A model generated the notes under the pieces. That model did no database searches and was not told the DNA's origin. It saw nothing but the letters and a program-made list of their open reading frames with translations. 64,000 nucleotides of DNA from Octopus bimaculoides (Eukaryota), in NCBI RefSeq assembly GCF_001194135.2, contig NC_068997.1, positions 31,763,924-31,827,923 on the forward strand, given 5' to 3'. Positions 51,540 through 64,000 of the stretch are shown here, piece after piece (positions within the stretch are counted from its first letter, which is position 1; the number at the start of each line of letters is the position of its first letter). A program made the position numbers and the translations under genes.

Positions 51540-52250
51540 CTAGGTTCTTGTGCCAATTTGTTCATATATAACCTAATGCACCTATGATAGGTACAAATGA
51601 GAATTCATAGTTAAGGTACAAGAGCCATAAGTTCCACATTAATTTACCATAAATATTCTCTTTTTCCTGGACTTTTTGATTGTACATTCATGTCTGCTGG
51701 GCAGTTGACTTCTACAACGGTGCATGACTTTTGCTCCTTGTCCCATAGAATAATGTCAGGTCTCTTATGTTTGCACAGGTTTGCTGTTTTTACTGGGATG
51801 TTCTACCAGTATTCCTTGTTTTTAAAGGTATGAATACCTGCTGGTTCTGACATGGCTTTGATGTATATCTCAGCACCATCCTTCTTATGGATAGCACTGT
51901 AAATAGTCTTTGCAACTATATCATGCCTCAGGGGTAAATAGTATCTCATAGACATGTTGGGGTAGCTGCTGGTGATGAGGGTGATATTTTCCACACTAGT
52001 ATAGCAGAACTGACATATTTTACAATAACATGGAGGTTTGGTGGTATCTTTTTCTCTTTGGTTTATCAGGAATTTAGTAGCTATCTCCTATTCCTGGATA
52101 GTGAAGGCATATCCTTCTAGGTGGGATGTAATGTATTTATCACAGGTCTAGAGAAGCTATTCTTCATGTCAATGCTATTGTTGCCCTCTAGCTTAGGATA
52201 TATGTACCGAGTAGGCAGGCGAGTGCCCCCAATGTTAGGCTATTTTCTAT
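51540..52250 (-). mobile_element. R4/Dong-like non-LTR retrotransposon relic with restriction-like endonuclease
   Basis: LEGYAFTIQE, ITLITSSYP..YYLPLRHDIVAK, YW*NIPVKT..KRPDIILWDK..VVEVNCPAD; contains in-frame stops. Confidence 0.75.
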
Positions 52251-52339
52251 AGCATTGGTTCCCAACCTTTTCACTACCAAGGACCCCTTTTATTTAAATG
52301 AGTTTTCCTACAGACCCCTTTTTAATATGCTTATCCTTA

Positions 52340-52371
<32 letters not shown>

Positions 52372-52959
52372 CATATATATATGGAATTTTGAATTTAGTT
52401 CATGGACCCTCAGTGCTACCTTTGCAGACCACCAAGGGTCCACAGACCACAGGTTGGGAACCACTGTTCTATAACCTATACTTGAGGAACACTTATAAGC
52501 TAAAAGCTTATAATTATTATATATATANNNNNNNNNNNNNNNNNNNNNNNNNNNNNNNNNNNNNNNNNNNNNNNNNNNNNNNNATATATATATATATATA
52601 TATAATCATCATCATCGTCCGCTTCCCATGCTGGCATGGGTTGGACGGTTTGACTGAGGACTGGCAAGCCAGGAGGCTGCACCAGGCTCCAATTTGATTT
52701 GGCAAGGTTTCTACAGCTGATGCCCTTCCTAATGCCAATCACTCCAAGAGTGTAGTGGGTACTTTTACATGTTACTGGCAGCATGGGTGCCAGTCAGGTG
52801 GCACTGGCATCAGCTACGCTTGGATAGTGCATTTTACATGCCACCAGCATGGGTGCCAGTCAGGCAACACTGGCATATATTTAAATAATATATAGTCCTC
52901 CAGGCCATAACAGAGGAATTCAAAACTGGATGCCCATGGGAACTACTTTATGTTTATGA

Positions 52960-53880
52960 CCTCATTCTTATTGCAGAATCTGTAGCAGAATTGGAGGAGA
53001 AATTCTAGGTATAGAAGCAAAGCCTGTAATCAAAGAGCCTTAAAGTTAACTTTGCAAAGACCAAAGCTGTTGTTAACAAGAAAGAAGATGAGACTCTCTT
53101 TCATCAAGTAAATGGCCCTGCTCAATATGTAGGAAAGGCGTTGGAAGAAATTTCATTTGCTACACCCACTGTAAGCTATGGACACTTAAGAGATGCAGTG
53201 GAATCACAGGTAGATTAACAGATAAAGTTATCTTCGTATGTGGCAAATGTGCAGGAACAATAAGCACTAGGAGCACATGGAACTTAGACTTCTCAAATGT
53301 CCAAGAGGCTCCCTTGAGGTTGTAGATAGTTTCTGTTACCTAAGTGACCAAATTATCGATAGTGGAGGATACTCTGAAAGTTCTGTTTCTAGAATAAGAA
53401 TAGGGTGGAAGAAGTTCAGAGAGCTATTACCTCTGTTGGCAACAAAAGGACTCTCAGAGTGAAAAGTGGACTGTATGATGCTTGTGTGCAAAGAGCTATA
53501 CTCCATGGTAGTGAAATATGGGCTCTGAATGTGGAAGACATGCATTGACTGGGGATAAATGCACCATTGGATGTGCAACATCAGTGTGCATGTACAACAA
53601 AGTGCAAACATATTGAAATGAAAGTTGGACATAAGAGGAATCAAATGCAACATGCAAGAGAGAAGACAATGTTGGTTTGGACATGTGAAGCATATGAATG
53701 GAGACAGTTGTATAAAGAAGTGCTGATCACTGAAAGTGAATGGTACCCATAGAAGAGGGAGACCCAGGAAGACATGGGATGAAGTGGTAAGGACCAATAT
53801 CAGGATGTTGGGCCACATAGAGGAACTGGCAATGGACTGAGATGTCTGGTGATATGAGGTTCTTGAAAAGACCTGCTTAT
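52960..53880 (+). mobile_element. RTE-clade LINE relic (RT C-terminal region)
   Basis: KVNFAKTK, Cys-rich insert, LEVVDSFCYL, RIRIGWKKFRELLPLL, LYDACV..HGSE, WFGHV-like motif. Confidence 0.85.
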
Positions 53881-54884
53881 GTCAGTGAAACTGAGTTCTA
53901 GAAGCACTGTGTTCCAACCACACGTAACAAGAAAACTTTTCACACTCCCTACACCAATGAACTAAACTATGTCTCTTCTCTTCTTCACATCTCCTCTTTC
54001 ATGCACTATGCTTATCTCTCACTCCCCAATCCTCTCCTCACAGCTCTGTTCCCTATATCATTACTATCCAGTAGCCCCCCCCCTTCCCACCCCTCTATAT
54101 ACCCAGGTTTTCACTACTCGCTGCATTCTCCTCCCCTACTCTCTTCTCACACTTCTTTGACAATGCCCTGCCACTTATATTATGACCTTTATATCTCAAG
54201 AATATACCCTGGCACTTGCCACTATTTAACTCTCTATTCTTTTACTCGGCCATCCCATTTATATTCTGATCCCCACCCCTTGTGAGTATGCCCAGCATTT
54301 TGCCACCATCTCTCTCCTGCTCGCTTTTGCACTCCTGTTGTCTCCCAATCTCTCTTTCCTTTTTCTACTCTTCCCTGATGCTGGGTAACCATGTATCTCC
54401 TTCACAGCAGAATACCTGTCTCTCTCCTCCTCTTTTTTCTCTCTCTCTCTCTCTGGCCAGGTAACCATGTACCTCCTTACAGCAAGACATCTATTTCTAT
54501 CTTTCTGTCTCACTATAACCTTTTATCATCTGACAGAAGATCAGCTCCTCCTATGCCCTTACCCCTATCAAAGATTCTTTGTCTTGTAGTTACTTCATGA
54601 TCTTGCCAGTGCTGGTGCCATGTAAAAACCATCCAGTCCACACTGTAAAGTGGTTGGCATTTGGAAGGGCATCTAGTTATAAAAACTGACCTCACCTGTG
54701 CCTGTGTCATGTAAAAAGTACTCAGTCCACTATGCTGGGTGGATGGTTAGAAAGAGCATCCAGCCGTAAAAACCCTGCCAAAACGGACACAAAAGTCTGG
54801 TGCAGGCTTCTGCCTGATCGGTTCCTGTCTGACCCATGCCAGCATGGAAAGATGTTAAACGATGATGATGATGATAATAATAAT

Positions 54885-54927
<43 letters not shown>

Positions 54928-55324
54928 GGAAATATTACTATACTTCATTTTTGTATCTGGTTTGCAAGATTGTTTGTGAATTTATGTGTTGAAACAAATG
55001 TCGCATCTATAATGAACTAAGTCAATAGTCATTGAAAAGATTGCAAGAAGCAACAAAAGAGCTTTGACAAACAAAAACAAAGCAATCAGATGTTTAATAA
55101 AAGAATGGAATTGTACAAGTGTATGTGTGTTAATTATATTGGCATAATGTCTCTCAGTAGACACAACAAAGTATAATTATATTATCTTAGAAAATGGCAA
55201 ACCTTAAGTATGCATGTTAGAAACTATCTGCAATAAACGGTAGTAATAATTTGTACCTTATCTTTAGGGCTTTATAATGAGAAATTAACATTTGACCCAA
55301 ACATACAGTTAATGAGTGTCTTAC

Positions 55325-55498
55325 CTGTTCACTGTACAATGGTAGAAAAGAAACCAGTTCAAGTAAGTCAGTGATCCATAAGTGAATCACTTCACGTATA
55401 CTTAGTGAATTGATGGTCTGCTCCAAGACAGGTTCAAACACAATGGCATTATCCACCAAAAGGATATTTACGATAAGAAATGGAACTGACATTACATC
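55325..55498 (-). CDS. Dynein HC exon c: DVMSVPFLIVNILLVDNAIVFEPVL...LVSFLPLYSEQ
   Basis: Acceptor tttctttgtattctag, donor gtaaga, 174 nt, phase 0/0; P.F...L.L....F.P.L pattern. Confidence 0.88.
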
Positions 55499-55924
55499 CT
55501 AGAATACAAAGAAATACAAATAGCATAAAATTTTTTGTAATTATTTAAGATTGCTTAAAAACTGTACTGTATGGAGCAGTGCTACTCTTGATGGGATAAA
55601 AAAATAAGACCTTATCATCATGAGCCCAACACCCTAATGACTGGGCCATATGCTTTCACACTCACACAAGCAAAAATAATCTGTGGGAAAGCATGTCTTC
55701 TGGTGAGGTCATTTGCTTCACAATTACAAGGTTGTGGATTCAATTTCTGACCAGGACCAGCACACTGTGTCATTAAGCAAGGTACTTCATTTCATCTTGC
55801 TTCTGTCTACTCAATTGAAAATGCATGTTACCTGCATCCGGGAGCATTACTCTCTCTCTCTCCTACTCCCTCCCTCTGTCACATCCTGCATGTTCTGCTA
55901 AGTTAAAGGTGGAATGAACTCTCT

Positions 55925-56003
<79 letters not shown>

Positions 56004-59000
56004 ATGACAACATAGACATCAAAACAACTAGCAAAAGCATGTTGTCAAGTGATGGAAGCGAGACAAACACGGTTACAAAGACACACATAAATATATATCA
56101 TCATCATCATCATTTAACGTCCATTTTTCCATGCTGGCATGGGTTGGACGGTTTGACAGAAGCTGATTAGCTGAAGGGCTGCTCAGGTTCCATATCTGTT
56201 TCGGCATGGATGCCAACCAGTCTAGAGAGTGTACTGGGTGCTTTTACACAGTACTGGCCTGGGTGCATTTTACATGGCACCAACACTTACAAGCCAACAA
56301 GATTAGGGATGCTTAGCTAGAGAGGGTTGCAAGGGATGAGCCTGTATGCAAGGACAACCACACTTTTACTTGGCTTGATGTGTATTTTCAAGCACAGCGA
56401 ACTGCCAGGAGTTTCAGTCCTCTGTCGTCCCTTCTGTGAGTCCCCATGTTTGTAGATCCTTTCTCACCACTTTGTCCCACATCTTCTTGAGTCTATCCCT
56501 TCCACATGTTCCTCCACATGTGTGTGTGTGTGTGTGTGTGCACATGTGTGTATGTGTGCACGTGTGTGTGTGTGCACGTGTGTGTGTGTGCACGTGTGTG
56601 TGTGTGTGTATCACTGCATCTATGTTAAGTGTGGAGATAAAGACCACTTCATAATAAAGGATATGATAGAACACAGACAATGAGAACTGGCTGAGAGTGA
56701 GGGAAGGGTTTCAAATAACCCCAAATGAGTGCAAACATTGCAAATCCGACTGCATCTGTGCAGATAGCTCAGCGCCCATCCATCAACTTGTGGTTTTCAA
56801 TAAATCCCATTTTCTCAACAAGAACCTTTTTTGTGATGAGCTTCTTTCAGTTTTCATCTACCAAATCCACTCACAAGGCTTTGGTCAGCCCAAGGCTATA
56901 CTAGAAAACACTTGCCCACGGTGTCACGTAGTAGAAATAAACCTGGAACTATGTGGTTTGGAAGCAGTTACCACACAGCCACGCTTGCACCTAACTACAA
57001 AAGGGGTAAAGGTAATAATTAGGAATTGGCAATTAGTGGTTAGCTAACATTACTGTTTCACTGATCAAGCAAGAGAAACAACACTGAACATTTCTGTCTT
57101 GTTAGGCTTCATCAGTATGTCTATATAAAAAGCATACTATGTCTGTATGTGGGCATACCTAGATCTTGTGTTGGTATACTATCCTCACACAAGATCTTTA
57201 TTCTTTGGTAGACATACTGTATTTATTTGAATATCTGAATTATTGGTAGAATATTATGTGTATGTGTGGCAGGATTCCACACAGTTTCCAGCAATCAAAT
57301 TCATTTACAAGCTATAGGTCAGCTCAGGGTTATTATAGGAGATGAATGCCCAAAGTTCTGCACAGTGGGATTGAACTCAAAACCATGAGGTTGCAAAGGC
57401 AAACTTCTTAACCACACAGCCATATCTACACCTATATTTACATTACTTTGATTTCCTGATTACTTGATGAGTTGTTGTGCACTCTTATCAATGAAGTATC
57501 TCACTTAAATGGACTAAAATGCCATGTATGTATGTGTGTGCATGTGTGTATGTGCTTCTGTCATGACCTCTTCCCCTTTTCTCAATAGTTTTCCAAACAT
57601 GCTCGGATTCTCTTTATTACTTTCCCTCTCCTTCTCTGACCATGACTCTCTTCCATAACATTTATTCTCTCCTTTTCTCAAACCTCCTCTTCCTCTTCAC
57701 TTTCACTAATCTCATTCAAAACCAGTTGGCATTTCTCTCTGATGAAGGATTCCCTTCATTAGACATGTCTTCTTCCTCACAGCATACAATTTATTCCCTT
57801 GCTTGAATTATGTATATTAATAATTAATTGCCAACAAAGAACATGACTAATTTCCGCGGATTCTAATACTATACAGTATAGTCTTGTTGGAGTAAGATGA
57901 TTGGGCATAGGTGTTTGGAATAGCTGACTGGACGTTGAACCTGTTTTGCTGTCTTGGTAATAGTACTTTTTGGCACTGGAGGCAAACACACCCACATGCA
58001 AACAAGTGCAGAAATAAATGCATACAGATAGAGAGAGAGAAACATTACAATTTAATAATTGAACATGTCTGACTTAAACACTTTATTTCTCCTCACTCAC
58101 ATGAAGAGAGAGGGAGAGAGAGAGAGAGGTGGAGAGAGAATGAGAGAAACATTATTTACAAACAACAGATACAAGTGCTACTAATTGAAAGCGAGCTTCA
58201 CATATGATACTCTAGCTGTTTTATGGAATCATCAGGAGAGAATGCATGCCATTTCAGGGCCTTTCTCTCAAAGAGATGAGGCCCCACTTGCTAGATCATC
58301 AGGTTATTAGGCTTCACTCAATATCCTTGTAACCGTTGTTCATCACCTCTTTTTAACTAAATCCAATGGCTTGCTTTCTCCACTATAGCCATGATATCAC
58401 TCATGTGGACATTTACTTTAGGATGAGTTAGTCCTAGTGACAACAACTATCACTCCATACTACTTCCAATGAATCCCCTATGTCCAACTTCAGTTGGATA
58501 ATGTTTAGCTCCCTAGTTTGCATCTTCATATTCCACAAGGGGATGTTCATAACAGTCAATCTTTCGAGTCCAAGTAGCATCCATGTTATCTTCAATGGGC
58601 ACCATCATCTTAACCAGATTTACCACCTCCTTTTCTTAATATGGTCTGATAATATGGTGTGATAATGTGGTTTGATAATGTGGTTTGATAATGTCTAATA
58701 TCAAATAAGTCAGGCATTGAATCAGCCTTGCCAAAGAGGTAAAGTCAAATGGCTGTGTCAAAATGTCACATAGCCTCAGATCTTGAAGCTCCATTTTTAA
58801 AGATTAATCATTATGATTTTGTGATATTTGTTTCTTTCATGTATTTATAATTTATGTTGTCGTTGTTGTTCAACTCCGAATCAGCCCTGATCAAGCAGAA
58901 GTAAGGTCAAATATGATCAGAACTAAGGTCAAATATGTTCCAGTTGTGACCATTCTAGCTTAGTTGCTGTTATTGTTATTGTTTCACCCCAGCTCAGCTA

Positions 59001-59353
59001 TAATTGGGCGGATCTATAATCAAAGACATTCCAGCTATGACCTCTCTGTCATATGTTTAGGAATAGTGTGTCTAGGACTACATTGTTTAATGTGATCTTT
59101 CTTTCTTTGATACAATAGAGTGCATGATTTGAAATCGATTTGGCTACAACCATAAAAAGTTCCCCTTGTTGATTCATCTTTGATTTCATGGAGCCATTCA
59201 GAATTTATTGCACTCCAAAATTTGAAATCTCTTCTTGTAATTTATATTGCTCATAAAATCCATCATTTCTATCAACATAATTAAGTATATCATTTTTAAT
59301 TATGTCTCTTCCACACAAGTTATTTTTATGAAGTAATTAAGTAATTATCTTAC

Positions 59354-59497
59354 CTTTGAAGCAGAATTACCAGAGAGGAAGGATAACAATATGCTGAGTT
59401 GAGACTGGATTGCATTCTTTAAACCATCGACAATAATCTGATCTACATGTAGCAGGTAGTCTTGCCAACATGGGGATATTTCACTGATATCAAGAAC
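59354..59497 (-). CDS. Dynein HC exon b: VLDISEISPCWQDYLLHVDQIIVDGLKNAIQSQLSILLSFLSGNSASK
   Basis: Acceptor ttttcttccttgtttataag, donor gtaaga, 144 nt, phase 0/0; conserved W..Y...VD..IVDG motif. Confidence 0.88.
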
Positions 59498-60266
59498 CTT
59501 ATAAACAAGGAAGAAAATAGCATTTAAAAATGTCACAACTATTAATATTGTGCTGCAGAAAATAAATGAAATCCTTCATCATTGTCGTCCTCATCATTTT
59601 AGCCATTATTAATATTGTAGAATCATTATAGCAAACTGGCAGAATCATTAGCAGACTAAGCAAAATACTGAGTTCAAATTTTGCTGCAGTTGACTTTGCT
59701 CTTCATCCTCTCAAGGTCAGTAAAATAAACTTACAAATGCTGCAAAAGCTTATGAATGCTGCAGAGATGTGATTCGTTGGATATATACTAAAGATATACA
59801 AATACAGTAACAAAGATTGCAGTCCTTTAATGAGCAGAAATCGGCAGAAATCTTCTTGGGTAGATGGGGGCAAGAGACAAAGCCCAATGGACAAAATATG
59901 AAAAGACAAACCCTTGAGAAGTTGGTGACCAAGGGAAAACTGAAAGGAAGAAACCAGGGAGGATTAAACGTTGGAAAGATAAATTTTGTTGTTGGTTATG
60001 ATGACAGTGATGAAGATGGCAAGTAATATTTATTGTGATGCCCACTTAAGAATAGAACCAATTTTATGATCAAAATAGCTAGATTTGGCCTCTCATACCT
60101 ACATTACAATATCATTCTAGAAATAAACAATCACATCATCAAAATCTCAAAGCTACAAGATAATGCATGATTAGATTAATTTAAAACAATGTGAGTAAAT
60201 AGGCATTACATTCAACAGAGTGATCTGAATGCTAAAGGGTTAATATTCAACAATTTAAAGTAGTTA

Positions 60267-60690
60267 CGAGGGTCAGCTGAAATGTTCAAAGATACTTTGT
60301 GAAATATGACTGAATGAGATTTATTTTTCACCATAATTCCCCTTGCAGTTCACACACTTATTCCATTGGTGTTGCAGTGCTTGAATTTTATTGGTGAAGA
60401 AGCTTTCATCCTGTTGGTGGAAAAAGTCATCAACAACAGATATGACATCATCATAATTGCGATATTGGCTCCTAGCCAAGTGTTTTTTCATGTTGGGGAA
60501 TAGATGGTAGTCAGATGGGGAATAGTGAGAGTGATTAACCAGTTCAAAGCCAGTCAAACACATCAGCTATCAAATATTTATGTAAAGCTTATTTTGTTGC
60601 CTGTAACAAACATTCAATTTAACAACAAAGAATGAGGCCCAAATAAATTTGTGCTTTTATATTTCATAACAATTAGCTGACCACCCCCGT
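60267..60690 (-). mobile_element. Internally deleted mariner of a second family
   Basis: C-terminal transposase SPSDYHLFPNMKK...FFTNKIQALQHQWNKCV; TA-CGAGGGTCAGCTGA terminus and a degenerate opposite TIR. Confidence 0.8.
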
Positions 60691-61613
60691 CAGTTTTTCT
60701 ATCAAAATAAAGCAAAAAAGTCTTCTTCATGACTGTATCATTTTCAACACAAATCAATTTATAGTGCTCCAGCACACTGAACGAGCACTATTGATCAGCA
60801 GTCAAAAACAAAAATGGGACAAATGTTGTGAACGGATGAAAATATGATGGTGATTGAGGGGACCTGGCATGGTATGTAAGCATAAGATTTTGATCAAAAG
60901 TATATGAAAAGAAAGTTCACACCCAGAACTTTCTAAAGATATATAATTGTCCACTGAAAAATTGTATTTTTACATAAAAATGATCAAGCAAAATGTGGGT
61001 TTTTGTGTGGTCAAACTGCTTGTTGCTCATTCTATGGAACTCTACAATGATGCCTTATTAATAGAATAAGATATGAACAGGAGGTTGACAAGCATCAAAT
61101 CATCTATAACATACAGAGGAGGGTACAGAAATATATAAACTGAGCAGGAAATCAATAGAATCCAGAAGGTGAAAGTTCAAAGCAATTAGGCATAGACAGG
61201 TACAAATTCAGGAAATTCATTCAGTAATGCCATTGATGAAACAGAAGAAAATGCCTATTTGATATTTCTTTATCTCTATTCATATATACTAATTCAATTT
61301 TTTTTTCCAAAACAAATTTAATACATTTCAATGTATTGTAGAGAGTTTTAACTCTTCTAATTTATATATAACTTTGCTATGTTTATTGTCACATTACATG
61401 CAAATAAATGGGTCCTGGTAGCAATAAAGAAAAGATTGTTGTTGTTGTTAGAGACACCAATAATGGTAGAGGGAAGTAGGGGCATCATTAAAGTGTTGGA
61501 ATGTCTCTGATCAAAGGGTCTTCTCAATTAGAACTGACCTCAAGTAAAACAATAACAATAATAATAGCTATTATCAAACACATTACCAAGATTTCAGATA
61601 ATACAGTACTTAC

Positions 61614-61679
61614 TTGTAATGAAGATTTTAACAAAGAATCAATCCTGTGATTAGATGGTAGAAGAACTTCTTTGAGCTT
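61614..61679 (-). CDS. Dynein HC exon a: KLKEVLLPSNHRIDSLLKSSLQ (phase 0/0)
   Basis: Acceptor ttttacag, donor gtaagt, 66 nt; joins in frame to the next exon. Confidence 0.8.
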
Positions 61680-61804
61680 CTGTAAAATGGTACTAAATAA
61701 GAGAGAGATAGAGAGAAGGGTGAGTGAAAGACGGAGAAAGCTATCTATGCTATAATTGTTAAGAATTATACTCAGATTAAATGAATTTGTAAAGAACAAA
61801 TGAG

Positions 61805-62130
61805 TGAAGGTGCATGACTCAGTGGTTAGAGCATCAGACTCACAATCATGATGTAGTGAGTTCGATTCCTGGACTGGGCTGTGTGTTGTATTCTTGAGCA
61901 AGACACTTTATTTCACATTGCTCAAATTCACTCAGCTGTAGAAGTGAGTTGTGACGTCACTGGTGCCAAACTGTATTGGCCTTGGATAACATTCGTAGCG
62001 TGGAGAGGGGAGGCTGGTAATGCATGGGCAACTGCTGGTCTTCCATAAACAACCTTGCCCAGGCTTGTGCCTAAGAGGGTAACTTTTTAGGTACAATCCC
62101 ATGGTCAGTCATGGCTGGAGGGGGTCTTTT
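61805..62130 (+). mobile_element. tRNA-headed SINE with a CORE-like domain
   Basis: A box (GACTCAGTGG), B box (GAGTTCGATTCC), then GTGTTGTATTCTTGAGCAAGACACTTTATTTCACATTGCTC..CACTCAGCTGTA. Decayed relative at 55700-55840. Confidence 0.75.
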
Positions 62131-62559
62131 ATTCTTTTAAAGAACAAAATCTGATTGAGCCCTTTAACCAATTTCCTTCCTCCTCAAGACACCCCAACTC
62201 ATCACATCCCTAACTACAGCTCTGTCTTGATACCACTAGCTTTTCTTGCTACTCAGAAACTTTTCATTTGTTATCTAACCTTTATCGATTAATACTCTTC
62301 ACTCCCCCCACATTTTTATTGATCACTCCCACCACAAAGCCAAGTGCTTTTATGCAATGCCACACAGGCACTTTTATGTGGGACCACACAAGCACTTTTA
62401 CATGGCATCACCACGAGTGCTTTTTTATGTGGAACCAGCCTAGGACTCTTGTGGGTCAGTCCTCACCACCGCCAGGATCAGTCTTAACACTTCTGCTGCA
62501 GAGTACAGGCCTTCTTGAGTACAACAAGGTGTTAGGCATCTCAGTCCTTTGTCATCTTG

Positions 62560-63375
62560 CCTGAAAGGTTCAGCGTCCTGAGGTCGTTCTTCAGCACTTC
62601 ATCCCACATCCTCCTGGGTCTCCCACTTCCATGTGTTTCATCCACTTTGAGAGATCAGCACTTCTTTATGTAGCTGTTAGCATCCATACACATCACATGA
62701 CCAAACCAGTGCAATCTTCTCTCTTGCACACAGCAACTAATTCCTCTTATGCCTAACATCTCTTTCAAAGCACTAACATTCTGTCAAACATTTACACTTA
62801 CATTACACATCCATCAGAGCATACTAGCCCCATTCCTTTCTAACCTTCACATGTCTTCTGCATTCAGGGCCCACATCTCACTACCATGTAGAATTGCTGT
62901 CCATATACATGCATCATACAATCTTCCTTTCATTCAGAGAGAGAAACCATTCATAGCCAACAGAGGTAACAGCTCTCTGAATTTCTTTATCTTATTCTTG
63001 TTCTTGTTATTATACTCTCTGTGCATCCTCCTGCACTACTAATTTGGTCCCCTAGCTAGCAGAAATTATACGCTACTTTTCATGAGCCACGAGGTCATTT
63101 GAAAGAATCAATTTCATGGGATTCTGTGTATCTTCCACATATGAACATTACCTTCTCTGATAATCTTCTTATTAATCTACTGCAGTTCTTGTGTGCCCAT
63201 AGCTTACACTGGATACAACATATGGACTTCCTGCCTACACCTTTCCTACAAATTGAACAGGGCCACCACATATCTGAAGTGGGTAGGGCCGTGTCAGTTT
63301 TCTCGCTTACTAGGACTTTGGCCCTTAGATTCCAAATTTTGTTTCCACACCTGGAATTTCTCTTCAAGACTTAAT
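62560..63375 (-). mobile_element. RTE-clade LINE relic, same family as 52960-53880
   Basis: WPCSICRKGVGRKSICCIQCKLWAHKNC, FRELLPLL and downstream RT-thumb motifs. Confidence 0.85.
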
Positions 63376-64000
63376 GGAGCCATATTTATATACGAAATTC
63401 TTCACTGTATTCATGATTAACTCATACCTGTATATATTTCACTCAGGCATTGCATGACTAATAACCTGGTGTAGAACTCAATACACGTATACTTCAGAAC
63501 AAAGTGTGAGATGAGTATAGAGCAGTAATAAGAAATCGAGATGACAAAAAAATGATTATCTTCTGAACTTCATTAGCTTGCAGCTGTTTCTGTTACAAGT
63601 TGCAGCAGGTTCATAGCTGAGTGCCTGAGTAACATTTTACAACTTATAAATTGCATTTCATATTCAAGGCTCCAAAGCTTATGAAGTTCATAAAATAATT
63701 GTTTATTCCTTTGTAATCTCATTTATATATAAGAAATAATCAAAATTCAGTTGAATTAGGTGCTTATGTTGAGGCACCAAGTCAGTCCGGTATTATCTGC
63801 ACAACTCGAAGTAAGATGGATAAAAAGAAAATAAGTAACACGGATGTCAAGGTATTAGTACAGTAATGCACTAATATTTTGACATCCTTGTTACTTATTT
63901 GCTTTATCGTGATGGCACGTAAAAGCACCCACTACACTCTCAAAGTGGTTGGCATTAGGAAGGGCGTCCAGCTGTAGAAACTCTGCCAAATCAGATTGGA

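Noticed and set aside
57080-57122. Minus-strand CTGATGA-A-GCCT..AGAC-A-GAAA-TG-TT
   Set aside because: Stem II mismatched and stem I does not pair; at best a heavily decayed relic.
57738-57763. Small hairpin containing CTGATGA
   Set aside because: 11-bp stem only, no GAAA or stem III; compatible with chance.
59498-59558. Upstream ctgcag acceptor extending exon b
   Set aside because: Wrong phase relative to exon a, and it adds a hydrophobic stretch absent from dyneins.
63428-63465. Exon-like segment (ccag|...CAG|gtatga) as the next upstream dynein exon
   Set aside because: The frame ending in phase 0 has a stop, and there is no dynein motif.

Overview
AT-rich, repeat-dense animal genomic DNA with 9 N-gaps. 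The SINE/LINE repertoire points to a coleoid cephalopod, probably Octopus (inference). The window lies within one large minus-strand gene for a divergent axonemal dynein heavy chain, most similar from memory to the beta/outer-arm type (DNAH9/11/17). I reconstructed 19 GT-AG exons (2,585 nt, about 860 aa) from the end of DHC_N1 through DHC_N2 to just before AAA1. All junction phases agree except one, where a short 3n+1 exon is missing and probably lies in an N-gap. One 49-aa Ser/Thr-rich symmetric exon appears to be an insertion relative to canonical dyneins. The introns contain tRNA-derived SINEs, RTE LINE pieces, an R4/Dong-like LINE relic, Gypsy LTR relics, two mariner relics, a TTAA piggyBac-like MITE family and several foldback elements. 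The most striking signal is a set of 7 minimal type-I hammerhead ribozyme motifs from about 5 sequence families, of the kind known from Penelope-like retroelements. One has a fully intact core in the dynein sense strand (42851-42913). Another family is a tRNA-headed SINE carrying a hammerhead, inserted as an inverted pair with a 12-bp TSD and an inverted 62-bp copy of its own flank (27507-28128). Ribozyme activity is untested, and all homology calls are from motif recall rather than database searches. No CRISPR array, rRNA or genuine tRNA was found. Most ORFs in the supplied track are spurious.
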